A stretch of DNA of 64,000 nucleotides, from NCBI RefSeq assembly GCF_006345805.1, contig NC_043008.1, positions 75,082,001 through 75,146,000 on the forward strand. The letters are read 5' to 3'. The notes under the pieces are model-generated. The model saw nothing but the letters and a program-made list of their open reading frames with translations. It searched no databases and had not been told where the DNA came from. This DNA is from Octopus sinensis. Its lineage: Eukaryota. Numbering within the stretch: position 1 is the stretch's first letter; each line of letters opens with the position of its first letter. Shown here one piece after another: positions 50,742-62,989 of the stretch. A program made the translations under genes and the position numbers.

Positions 50742-53084
50742 GAGAGAGAGAAAGAGAGAGAATATCGGATGTTGCATGCCTATGTTGCACTATGGAGTGC
50801 CGGACCCACAACTAGTCGAGGGTACCCTTCTTTCTAGATGAATTGTCTTATTCTTTGACATTGGGATTCGAAATCCGAATCAATGCTGGGAAAATAGCAA
50901 AAGAATAGGGAATGGTTTGGTAGACTAAGTGCGTTTGAGGTGAGAAGAAGAGCAGTGGCAACTGGAGTGTGAGGTAGTATGCTTGCAGTTGATTGAGATA
51001 AACGGGTGCATATTGTCTATAATGATGGAAATATCGGAAAAATTAAAGTATCGGATAAATTGGAGGTAAATTTCAAGGCAGACAAGAAAGAAGCTAAAGA
51101 AAAAGATGAAATTCTTTAAACTTTTGTCTGGTAAGGGTGATAGCGCCGACATATCAGTTAATATAATGACCATACAACTCTGGAATATATTCACTGAACA
51201 GGGTAAAGACCTAATTTTAATGCGGTACATAAAGAGATTGACATAATTGGTAATTGGGCCCCATTCTTTGTAAAATCCTCCATAAAAAGAAAACAATCAA
51301 GTGTTAGAATGAGCTATGCTAGGCGGAGGATTGTAGTATAGCTGGGTACAGGTAGGGGCCTGCGGTGTAGGAAGTGTTTAACGGCTATTAGGGTGTCATT
51401 GTAGTGATGATGGCGTATGTAAATATGCATGTGTATATGTATCTGAGTGTGCGCGCGTGCTTGAGCGCGTGCGTGTTTGTGTGGGTGTGTTTGTCTGTGT
51501 GTGTGTGTGTGTGTGCGTGCATGCGTACGTGTACTATACAAGCAAAAAGAATGGAATAATTAGAAAAATCTAAATCTGCTTGTGTTTTTGGAACTTTTTA
51601 TCCTTTTCATCCTCCAAGATTAAGGTAATATAGTTTAATAATGCTTTAATTTTCATATAACTTACATATAAAAGTAAACCTGACTATTTTCTTGTTGATA
51701 CAATAACACTTTTAACAATAATACTTGTTATGCATTTTGTGCATGCAGTGCAATGGCCTTGTTTTTGTTTTACATTTCGGAATATGAAGGTAGGGCAAGT
51801 GTGAAGTGTCATTTGTCTTTGTCTTGAGTCGTCGTTACTAAACTGACGATATGAAAGAAGTATATTTCGAAATGGAAATATTAAAATTTTTTTTTCAGTG
51901 TTTGAAACCATTTCCATCAGATGACTTATACACTCCAATTGTTTAACATTTTATATGCTTAGTTACTTTAATATATCTGAAAACACTGCAATTAGCAATG
52001 TATTTAGCACGTGAGAAAACTAGTAGAGGCCAGTGGTTATTATATTGTCACCTACCTTAGTTGTTTCCGTAATAAACACTCTTTACTTTAAATAAGTTCG
52101 GGTAACTTAAACTGAAGACAGTAAATTTTTGAAAAATAATGACTGTTCAAGTAACGGTTTCATTGACAAACTGTTTCAATACTAAACTTAAAATAACTTA
52201 TTATATTGTTGACTGGTCATGGGTAAATTCTACTTAGATGGCTTCAACTTATATTCGATGGAGATCTCAGTGTGGTACGTACCAATAAATGGATTAAACA
52301 ACTCTCATCATTATGAATTTAGACAACATTACACTTAATTATGTTTTAATAACGGTTCTAGGTTCCCTTGAAGAATGATATGAAAATATCTCCATTCAAT
52401 GTCTTCGTAGTTGGTCGGAATTTATTTTAGTTCTTGAAATATATTTGGAATTATTGGCTTTCGTAACAAAGTGAGAATCTGAGTGTTTCTTTTTTTTTTT
52501 TATTCATTTCTAACAATGAAACCGTTGATTTGATTTAACACATCGCTACCTAATTAGTTTCTAAATAAAACAGAATCATAAATATTATTATGATGCAGCA
52601 AGATTAAAGGAAATATCAAGTAATTGTTTCACCACACAACATGTGACATTGTCAGTTATATATGCGAGTTAACGTAAAACAATGTTTACAACATGTCAGT
52701 GTCTGTTAGACTTTCAGAATTTCAGAATAATCATTATTGATTTAATCGGTATTTCATGATGATTTATGTTGAACTTTATAAAATAAAAATCATTTAAATA
52801 CAAAATATTTCTATTGAACAAATATTCTTTTATCCACTCTAATTATTTGTTTACTTAGGTGTAAATAAGTTCATTTAGATGATTAATCGAAAGCAACTTA
52901 CACTAGTGTTTGTTTCAATATCTCCTTTTTTAGATTTTCGAAGTTTTTGTCAATATTTCCTGCTAAATCTAAGTACAAAAAGATTACTGCTCAAATCCAC
53001 CTGGATTTTAAATCCCAATTTTGGAATACGTACGTACATACAAACAAGCATACATATATTTATCTTTTATCTTTTGCTTGTTTT

Positions 53085-53475
53085 AGTCATTAGACTGCGA
53101 CCATGCTGGGGTACCACCTTGAAGAGTAGTTAATTGAACGAATCTACCCGTATACATGTTATTTTAAGCCTGGTACTTATTCTATCAATTTTATTTGCCG
53201 AACCGCTAGATTACGGGGATAAACTGACCAACACTAGTTGTCAAGCAGTGGTGGGGGACAAGCACAAACGCAAAGACGTACACATACAGGCACCCCCCCC
53301 CACACGTACACACATATGCGTCAACATTCTTTCAGTTTTTGTCTACCAAATCTACTCACAAGCCTTTTGTCGGCCGAAGCTATAGTAGAAAACACTTACT
53401 CAAGATGCCACGCAGTGGGACCGAACCTGAAACCAAGTGGTAGGGAAGGAGACTTACCACACAGCCACGCCTGCA
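53085..53475 (-). mobile_element. Bipartite SINE
   Basis: GGCGTGGCTGTGTGGTAAG head, GGTTCGGTCCC B-box and CCCCAGCATGG tail. Confidence 0.75.
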
Positions 53476-53720
53476 TGTATGTATGCTTGTATACAAACAC
53501 ACATGTATGAGTGTGTATGCATGTGCGTGTATGTATGTGTTTGTGTGCATGTGCATGTGTGTGTGTGTGTAAGATTGTATCATGTGCCCTACTGACTAAC
53601 ACTTCTGTATTCTTCTACATGGTGATTGTAAATTCTATCATTTTATTTTCCAGTCAAATTCTACTGGTTAATATTTTGATATGTTTTTTTTTAATAGACC
53701 GAACTTTTAGATTTACTCAC

Positions 53721-53845
53721 CAAAAGAAGGGGGACCAACATAATCGGGATGAGAATGGATACCGGATTTGAAAACATAAGTAAATGTTGTCATGGACCGT
53801 CGGTTACTACTTCCTGCAGAAACAATGATTTTGTCCACATCTTTC
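53721..53845 (-). CDS. S1A serine protease coding exon 3: (A)KDVDKIIVSAGSSNRRSMTTFTYVFKSGIHSHPDYVGPPSF
   Basis: Acceptor TATTACAG (phase 2), donor G|GTGAGT (phase 1), HPDY motif. It is not in the supplied ORF track, but its phases fit exons 2 and 4 exactly. Confidence 0.9.
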
Positions 53846-54395
53846 CTGTAATATATATGATTCCATTTAAATTGTAAAATATAACATTCACGATAAATTA
53901 CAAATACTTCTTATTAATAATTTTATTTTACCATAAAACCTCTTAATTTCATAGGTGGAGTTTACATTCTGGGTTCAAATTCTGCCGAGATCGACTTTGC
54001 CTTTCATCCTTTAGTGTGGATAAAACAAATACCAGTGAAACACTGGAGTCGAAATAATCAGCTAGCTGCCCACCCCGAAAATTTCAGGCCTTGTGCCTAT
54101 AGTAGAACATAATTTCATAGGTAGAGATTTATGAAATTAAACTTACATCAGTGTATAACCATTATGTCGAATCCTTAGTTCGGTAACATGCAATGTTGGT
54201 CATATCTAACATAATGAGTTGAAATTAAATGATATGGAGCATTTAGACCAGCGTTCTCATTTCTGTAACATTATGGCGTCTTATAAATACATAAATAATA
54301 TAATCTTTTTATCTCAGTAAAAATGTCACACTTTAAGTTTTAAGTGGGGAATATATATATATACACACTCATCTTATTCTTGCAATATATTATAT

Positions 54396-55033
54396 ACTAG
54401 CAGTATCGCCCGGCGTTGCTCGGGTTTGTAAGGGAAATAACTATATAAGCATTTTTAGAGAGTTATAGCCAAAAAATAGCAAAAAATGCATAAAAAATGG
54501 AAAAAATATGATGGTAAATTTTTTTTTAAATCGTTGACTCATCGTAGACATTTTTAGAGAGTTACTTCCCTTATATAATAGCGAAAAAATGCATTAAAAT
54601 GGAAAAAAAACGATGGTAAATTTTTTTTAAATCGTAGACTCATGTAGACGCTTTCTTAGCCATTTCTGTTTTGGTGTCTTCAAGCCATGAAGTCGTTGTT
54701 CTAAAAGAACACTGGTCTCCTTGACAACGCATTACGACGTTGATTTCCTTACACTCCCTTCCCCAGAGGTGCAGGTGTGAGCGTGGACGCCAACTCCGCC
54801 GCCATCGACACACGAAAAATTATGCATTAAAATGGAATAAAAAATGATGTTAAATTATTTTTAAAATCGTAGACTCATCGTAGACGCGCGCTAATATTCA
54901 GACGGGCTCGATATGAATCACGACTATAAGCTACCCGAATTTGGTTAAACTGTACCGCAAAATGTGGGAGTAGTTAGGAATCTAAATCGAAAGGGACAGA
55001 CACTCACACAACTACAGTTTTATATATATAGAT
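54396..55033. mobile_element. Helentron/HINE (DINE-1-like) non-autonomous element
   Basis: Starts ACTAGCAGTATCGCCCGGCGTTGCTCGGG (hairpin), ends TTTTATATATATAGAT, and contains about 100-bp internal tandem units. Confidence 0.6.
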
Positions 55034-55089
55034 ATACATAGCGCAGTAGTGGTGAGATATGACAGCAAAGAAAAGCATACATTCACTCT

Positions 55090-55420
55090 CTGCATGCAAT
55101 TAGACTCGGAAAGTTCGTGAGGAACCCACTGTCCCAATTTGCTGACTTTTCCGATAGCACACAGGTGTCAATGAATGGTTGAATGACCAAATCCAAGCTT
55201 CTCTGCTAGTTCCTCAACAGTTACGATGATATTTTGTTCCACCAGGGTTTTCAGGATGTCCTTGTCGAGTTCTACAGATCTTTCAGGATGAGGCTCGTCT
55301 TCTAGGCTGTAGTTTATGGCTCGGGATTTCTGGAACCACCATTGACACTGCATTACGCTTATTGTCCAATCCCCATATACTGCATTAATATTTCTTGTAC
55401 TTTGCACACATTTATATTCT
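55090..55420 (-). mobile_element. Mariner transposase N-terminal fragment
   Basis: NINAVYGD...QWWFQK...SLEDEPHPERS...TVEELAEKLG...GQWVPHELSE (WVPHEL motif). Confidence 0.8.
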
Positions 55421-55467
55421 GTTATTCTTTTATATGTTTCAGCCTTGAGGTTGTGGCCATGCTGGAT

Positions 55468-55505
<38 letters not shown>

Positions 55506-55626
55506 TATCTGTCTATCTGTCTGTATGTATATATGTATATGTATATGTGTGAACAATAATATTTTCAACAGATGTGTTGCAAATGTATCTGATTGTTCTC
55601 AAGCTTCAATACTGTGTGTGTGTGTA

Positions 55627-55657
<31 letters not shown>

Positions 55658-55718
55658 ATATGTATGTATGTATGTATATGTATGTATGTATGTGTGTGTG
55701 TATGTATGTGTGTGTGTA

Positions 55719-55751
<33 letters not shown>

Positions 55752-56859
55752 ATGTATGTATGTATGTATGTATGTATGTATGTATGAGTGTATGTTTACT
55801 TTATTACTAATTACTCTCTTCCAAGAACATTTTCACTCACTCTTAGCTCTTAGCTTCCCATACATTTTACTCATGTATCTATCAGCGTCATAGACAGAAT
55901 ACTTTCACTTTAGTCTTCCTCAAATCACTCTGTCCGCTATTTACTTTCATTTTATTCGTTGCCCACTGTGTGTGTGCGTTTGCGTGTGGTGTAAACCAGA
56001 CTAAGAAAAGCATTTGACACACACACCAGAATGTGAGTTTTCTGTAAATTTTGCTTAATTGGAGTTTAAATTTAAAAAACTGGACCTGGCATGACGCGAT
56101 GCATTGTACTCTTAAAAATGCCAGGTAAATTGTAATTGAAGAAATCCTATATTGTAGATTTGTATAACTCCCAAAGGGAGGCAGATAAAATCTGCCTTTT
56201 ATAATAAGAGATATATCTAAAAAAAGACTATAAAGCATTTCCTTGACATAGAACAATCTCTTCTATATTTTAGACATTCAGATATTATAGATCGATAGAA
56301 CTACTTAACAAAATATGTGAATGTTGCATAAAATCACAAACGGTTATCATTTAGGATGAATTACTGGTAGACACACTACTATAGCTCATTAATAGAGTCA
56401 ACACAGGAAAAACTCAGAAGGTGATTCCTAGGCTTGGACTCTTAAATCATTGATAATGCAACTACACTGTACATTTGGATAGCAAATTATTACAAGGGAC
56501 GTAAATCTAATAACGTCTGTGATGTGTTAATTTAAAATATTCAGCTGAAATTAATGACAAGCTAACTTGTCATAATTTATTCAGTACTTTATGAAAGAAT
56601 GAAAGAAATGGATTATTCAAAAACGTAAAATTTCACGTTCTAAAATAGAAACGACCATAAAACATCCAACTGGCAGAATCATCAAAGCAGAGACAAAAGG
56701 CCTTGAAATATCTGTTCTGGCTCCTTTCGTTCTGAATTCAAATATTTTGATTTTAAACCTTCCCGGTTTCTATGAAATAAAGTGTTTATCAAGCACTAGT
56801 GACAATTTAAGCAAGTATTTCCTCTCCGTAAATTTCTGATCTTGGAGCTTTATAAACAA

Positions 56860-57020
56860 ATCACAAGGCCAGCAATTTCGGGAGAGAGGTAAGTCGATTA
56901 TATTGACCTCAGTGCTCAACTGGTACATATTTTATCGACCCCGAAAGAGTAAAAGGCAAAGTCGATCTCGACGAAATTTGAACTCAGGACGTAAAACGGA
57001 CGGAATGCTGCAAAGTATTT
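56860..57020 (-). mobile_element. SINE fragment
   Basis: GTAAGTCGATTATATTGACC...AAAGGCAAAGTCGATCTCG motif. An inverted copy of the same family lies at 57460-57660. Confidence 0.65.
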
Positions 57021-57080
57021 TACCTGATTATTGCCATATTATTGTCTATCATATTACAATAGTATTGTTTTAATATTACA

Positions 57081-57448
57081 CAGGTTGATTCAAAAGTCTC
57101 CATACATAGGAAAAATTTATTTTTTCATAAGAAACAGTTTATAAGATCTCCTAGATTCCCTGATCTGATCCCTCTTAATTTCTATCTTTTGGGGCATTTG
57201 AAAGGCATAGTGTATCGCGGAAAGATAAAAAACAAATCGTTTGAAGGGACGCATCACCAACTCATTTGCACACGTATCACCAGATGTAATATTACGAGTT
57301 CACAATGAGTGGGGTAAACGTATTGCAATGTGTATTCAAAACAATGGTAACCATATAGTGTCCGTTAAATAAAAAAAACTGTTCTTATAAACTGTTTCTT
57401 ATAAAAAGATAATTTGTTCCTATGTATGGCGACTTTTGAATAGCCTTG
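57081..57448 (+). mobile_element. Tc1/mariner deletion derivative (MITE-like)
   Basis: Imperfect TIRs ...TTCAAAAGTC(T/G)CCATACATAGGA. The internal PDLIPLNFYLWGHLK resembles the transposase C-terminal motif. Confidence 0.75.
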
Positions 57449-57996
57449 TAGTATATCTTTAAAGCGGTGAGCTGGCAGAATCGTTAGCTTGCCGGGCAAA
57501 TTGCTTGAGGCACTTCGCCTGTCTTTACGTTCTGAGTTCAAATTACGCCGAGATCGACTTTGCCTTTCATCCTGTAGGGTCGATAAAACAAATACTAGTG
57601 AAACACTGGGGTCGATGTAATCGACTTACCAACGATCCCGAAATTGCTGGCCTTGTTCTAAAATTTGAAACCAATATTTTATTATCAACGCAATTGCTTG
57701 TTGATTTATTGTAATTGTCCAATCAACGGTTGTCTGTGAAGAAAGGTAATATGGACTTCTGTTTTCACAATTTACAAGAGCACGTTTCAGATCAATAGTA
57801 AAGCCAGTGGTATCAACTCAAGTATATCACTGGTGCCTATTTTATCGATCTCAAAATATGTAAAAGAAATTTATCTAAAGAGGGAGATGAACATTGACTA
57901 TAGTGATACAAATCTTAACTATCATCTGTTGATAACCAATTCCTTCCTTAAGAACATCGAAACAATATTGGCGTCATATGCGAAAAATTTACTTAC

Positions 57997-58156
57997 GCAC
58001 AATGAGCAGCTGTAAGAACTTGGAGATCGTTTATAAGAGTTCCGGAACATACAAAGTATCCTCTTCCTTTAATCAACAATAAAGAGACAATCCAAGGAAA
58101 TTCACATTGTTCAGCTTTAATACCTCCCATGATGTGTCGATGGTGTGAGGAAAACA
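57997..58156 (-). CDS. S1A serine protease coding exon 2: (V)FSSHHRH-IMGGIKAEQCEFPWIVSLLLIKGRGYFVCSGTLINDLQVLTAAHC
   Basis: Acceptor CTATTTATAG (phase 1), donor GC|GTAAGT (phase 2), IxGG N-terminus, FPW, CSGTLI and the catalytic His motif TAAHC. Confidence 0.95.
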
Positions 58157-58212
58157 CTATAAATAGAATGTGTAATACATTACAACAATAGAGATAACCG
58201 ACCATGTTGCCG

Positions 58213-58245
<33 letters not shown>

Positions 58246-58312
58246 GATATATAGATAGATTGAGATACATGCACATACACACACACACACACACACCACA
58301 CACACACACACT

Positions 58313-58377
<65 letters not shown>

Positions 58378-59576
58378 AATATATATATATAAGCAGATAT
58401 ATGTTTGTAGGTAAACAGACGTAAGTGAACCATCATAACATCTAGCAGGAAATATGATTAATCAGAAGTAGACCACGATGTGGAGCCTTGGGAAAATTTT
58501 TTTTTTTGAACAAGTAGAATATATAAGCATATGCAGCCAAGAAGAAAATAATAAGCAGTGACTGTAAGGTTTCTGCTGTAAAAGTAACACAACAGTTATA
58601 GACAATTCCAATTATCTAGCTATTAGACATTAACAGCTACAACCTGGCTTTCTTAAAGGCACCAATTTGGACTTGAACAAAACAGAGAAGCATCTAAGTT
58701 ATATGACACTATTGTTTTTCTCAGGCCAACGATTAGCGATAGCGTTGGAGGTATTCAGTTGCCGATTGAAAGCTATACAAAACGCATGTCTTTGATACAG
58801 CTGATCAACTAAGATAAGTCGCAAAGACAAGTATTCCATTACTGTGTTGTTCAAGACATGGAAATCCTACAGCAAACAGGGAGGAATTGCCGGATGTGAT
58901 CTCGAAAGAAAGTAGTGGTTCTCTTCTGATAGAGTTAGTTGAACAAAACAGATATATGTTAACATTGAATAAGAAGAATAAATCTAAGAGAAAATAGAAT
59001 AGAAGGGTAAGTATCCATCAAATTAGAAGAGGCAATACAGAAAAATATAACGCACCAAATGTGTAGACGTTGCTCGGTAGTTTTATCGACACAAAACAAC
59101 GAAGGTTATGCAGTCAGAGATTAGCGATAAAACAACATCTGTTTAATTAAACAATACTTCTCCATTTAAAGCAAAATTTGTCTATCTGAAATAACACTTG
59201 TCAGACGAAAGTAACACTTGTCTATCTAATACACCACAAAACCAGTCTATCAAAAACAACACAACACTTATCTAAGGTAATACTTGCCTAATTGAAGCAA
59301 CGCTTGTATACCAAGAACATTTGTCTGTATAAACAACTCTTGCCTATCTGTCGTAACAAACGAGCAAAATATTAACTTAGTATTAAAAATTATATTAAAG
59401 AAACATGGTAAACTAAAACCTTTGATAAGTGATCCTCTTTATTGCGGTTTTAAAAATACATTTCGAACATAGCGAAATTATATGGTATACAGCTTCAACA
59501 TTTCAATAATTTTGAAACGAATTTATTCATGAAAGTAATTAAACTAATTATGCCTTGAATAAAGTACCTCTCTTAC

Positions 59577-59631
59577 CTTCGACAGCATTTCCGGCAATTA
59601 ATATGGTGATCAAGAGAAACGGAGTAAACAT
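59577..59631 (-). CDS. S1A serine protease coding exon 1 (signal peptide): MFTPFLLITILIAGNAVE
   Basis: GCC-ATG context, hydrophobic 18-mer, and a donor G|GTAAGA in phase 1 that matches exon 2. Confidence 0.85.
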
Positions 59632-60433
59632 GGCTAGCTCGTAATACTTAAAATGGTGATGTAAGTTAGATTAAGGTTATATATATATTCATGTATGTAT
59701 GCGTGTATATATATATATATATATATATATATTCACACACACACATATATTTATATATCTGTATACGTATACATAGATATATATAAATACATATATCAGT
59801 GCTTCTGCACTAGCAGATGTTTTTAGGTTTGTTAGGTTTAAAACAAAGTAATTGACATTGTCATGAACAAATATACAATAAAAATATTAGTTAATGGAGA
59901 GGATGTACAATGATGATCCAAACCCATTTGACAGCCATTAAAACATCTCTATTGGATTAGCTAGTAATCTTTATGCAAAATCAATATTTAGATGAACTAC
60001 ATAAACAAGCAGCCCACTTTGGGCATATGGTGAGTCCCACAGCAGAACTAGGGTATGACATAAGCAATGTACTGGCTGCAACAGTAAAGAAACGTGTCAA
60101 TTTTATGGGGAGCACTTCGCGCCGTATTTGCTTCGTGTGAAAGATGAAAGAGCACGATGATATATCGAAATGTTAAATTAAATAATGTAAATAGACATAA
60201 TTATACTTTAATAAGGCTACATGATTAAAGGTGTGTATGCAAACGCACCTGGTTTTGAGCCGTTTCCGTCATAGCAAAATTTCCGCTGTGTTTGTATTTA
60301 ATGTTTGTATAATATCGCGTGAGTAAGAGAGTATCTGTGGTCTCACTCTCCCTGCCTTCCTTGGTTTCTTTCTTTCTTTCCCATCATAGCACATACACAT
60401 GCACATACATACATACATACATACATACATACA

Positions 60434-60469
<36 letters not shown>

Positions 60470-60512
60470 TATGTGTGTGTGTGTGTATATATGTGTATAT
60501 ATATGTATATAT

Positions 60513-60870
60513 TGTCAGGTCACTTTCGAGTGCTACTGGTAGCATGTAACCCAGTACAACCTGTTGCATGGTCGGGTCGTCGGCGACTAAACCGGCAACC
60601 CCACCAAGCTTGCTTGGTGAGGAGGGTGTTTATTGGACACCATGCGGGATGAAAAAAAACCCCGTCAAATGGCGGAGGAACTCTTGAGAGTCAACGGCCA
60701 TCCAATAAATGTCTTAAGGCTGTATCATGCGCGGGAACATAGAAATAAACGGAGTGAATATCCAATCGAGCGGTTAAACCATTGGGAGTGAAGGATTCCT
60801 CGCCTTTGTTAGGGCATCCTTCTAGGAGAAGGTAACTCAGGTAACTGGGGTAACTCCGACATAAAACCTG
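60513..60870 (+). mobile_element. 5' leader of a LINE (probably RTE), copy 2
   Basis: Homologous to 7220-7412. It includes CTAGGAGAAGGTAACTC, which resembles the motif seen in RTE 5' UTRs. Confidence 0.55.
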
Positions 60871-61079
60871 CGGCTCAGTGGTTACGGATGATGTTGACTT
60901 GTTCTTCTTTTCGGATTATGACTGCTGTTGCTTAGTGAGTGGGATTGACTCAGTGCACAGCCTTTCCTCACTTAAAAAAGTCTTCTTGCACAGGCATTGC
61001 ACGATAACAACATTGATTAAGCTTCGTGCAATGGCCATTCTCAATAACGAGGGGGCAGCCACCATATGTATATTTATAA

Positions 61080-61117
<38 letters not shown>

Positions 61118-61119
<2 letters not shown>

Positions 61120-61395
61120 TTCGGGTACATTGGACCTTGTTGGTAACTAGTGACATACATTTTCTCTGGTAGACCAAGGGTTCGAGAGCAATTTAAAATA
61201 TCTGGAATTTTTGAAATGTTGCTCTCTTGTATCTTACCGGCTGCCTCTATAAATTCCTTTGTATTTCTCAAAATTTTCACTTGTTCCAATAATATGTAGT
61301 TGGGGAGCTAGTCATCTCCTGTTTCTTCCCTACCTGTCTTTGTGTTTAAAATTTGGACCCCACTTGTGTTCTTCTTTTATACGTGAGCATATATG

Positions 61396-61403
<8 letters not shown>
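61118..61403 (+). mobile_element. Isolated 3'-terminal copy of the piggyBac-associated element
   Basis: Near-identical to 62475-62760 and to the reverse complement of 62989-63275. Confidence 0.8.
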
Positions 61404-61439
<36 letters not shown>

Positions 61440-61460
61440 TATATATATATTATATATATA

Positions 61461-61495
<35 letters not shown>

Positions 61496-61740
61496 TTATA
61501 TATTATATATATATATAATATATATGTATGTATATATATGTATATATATATATACTACAAAATTAGAAAATAGAGAAGCATACTTAAATCAATCAAACAT
61601 CAACCAACAGATGATACCCAATCAATACTTTATTACACCATTACATAACAGTAAAGGCATCATACAAAATATATTGTAAATATAATTAGACAAGGAAATA
61701 GAAATATAAAATATAAAATATAATATGTAATTATATCATA

Positions 61741-61851
61741 TCTGACAGCTGTTTCGGCAGTAAGGGCAAGCATGCCTCATTTAACCTATAAGGCATATAA
61801 GGCAGGTATAAATGAGACATTAACAAGGATGCCCCACGGCCTCTTCAGAGA
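61741..61851 (-). ncRNA. Type I hammerhead ribozyme with extended helix II
   Basis: UCU-CUGAAGA-GGC...GCC-GAAAC-AGCU-GUC-AGA. All core nucleotides are canonical, helix III has a palindromic AGCU loop, and the roughly 80-nt helix II insert folds into a long hairpin. Confidence 0.7.
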
Positions 61852-62148
61852 ATTTAATTTATTATAAGTGTGAAAAATTTTTTTTTTATATACATATAAA
61901 TATAAAAATATAAAATATAAAAACGTGTGCATAGACACCCATAATACTACACATATATATATACTCATTAATACAATAATAAAAAATAAACAAAACAAAA
62001 TAAAACAAAATATATATCAATATATATTAATAAACACAGTTATTCTACATATTGGGCTAATAGTTCTAAATCCTAACACACAGGAAAATATATGCACACT
62101 CACATTTAAATTAAAATCAGACCTATACATGAAAAATAATTAAAAAAA

Positions 62149-62214
62149 TGTACACACATATATGCTCACGTATAAAAGAAGAACACAAGTGGGGTCCAAA
62201 TTTATGTATGTATG

Positions 62215-62266
<52 letters not shown>

Positions 62267-62748
62267 TTTATATTATATTGAGGGTACTACTATTCATAGA
62301 TACCAACACGCTAAGAGGGACCAATGCGGTCAAAACTACTAAAAATAAACAAAATTTTACCGAATGCAAAACTTCAAAACACATCATTTTAAAAAATGTA
62401 ATTCTTCATTGACCTGATACCATATATAATGTAGCTAAGAAATAGCGGTACTTTGAATAAAATTTAACTTTGAAAAATTTCGGGTGCATTGGACCTTGTT
62501 GGTAATTAGTGACATACATTTCCTCTGGTAGACCAAGGGTTCGAGAGCAGTTTGAAATATCTGGAATTTTTGAAATGTTGCTCTCTTTTATCTTACCGGC
62601 TGCCTCTATAAGTTCCTTTGTATTTCTCAAAATTTTCACTTGTTCCAATAATATGTAGTTGGGGAGCTAGTCATCTCCTGTTTCTTCCCTACCTGTCTTT
62701 GTGTTTAAAATTTGGACCCCACTTGTGTACTTCTTTTATACGTGAGCA

Positions 62749-62762
<14 letters not shown>
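62149..62762 (+). mobile_element. About 610-bp non-autonomous element (MITE) of the piggyBac-associated family
   Basis: About 54-bp inverted termini TGTACACACATATATGCTCACGTATAAAAGAAG(A/T)ACACAAGTGGGGTCCAAATTT, plus sub-terminal GG(T/A)CCAATGC repeats. Confidence 0.7.
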
Positions 62763-62824
<62 letters not shown>

Positions 62825-62864
62825 TATGTATATATAGTACACATATATGTATATATGTATGTAC

Positions 62865-62897
<33 letters not shown>

Positions 62898-62911
62898 TAT
62901 GTATACATATG

Positions 62912-62988
<77 letters not shown>

Positions 62989-62989
<1 letters not shown>

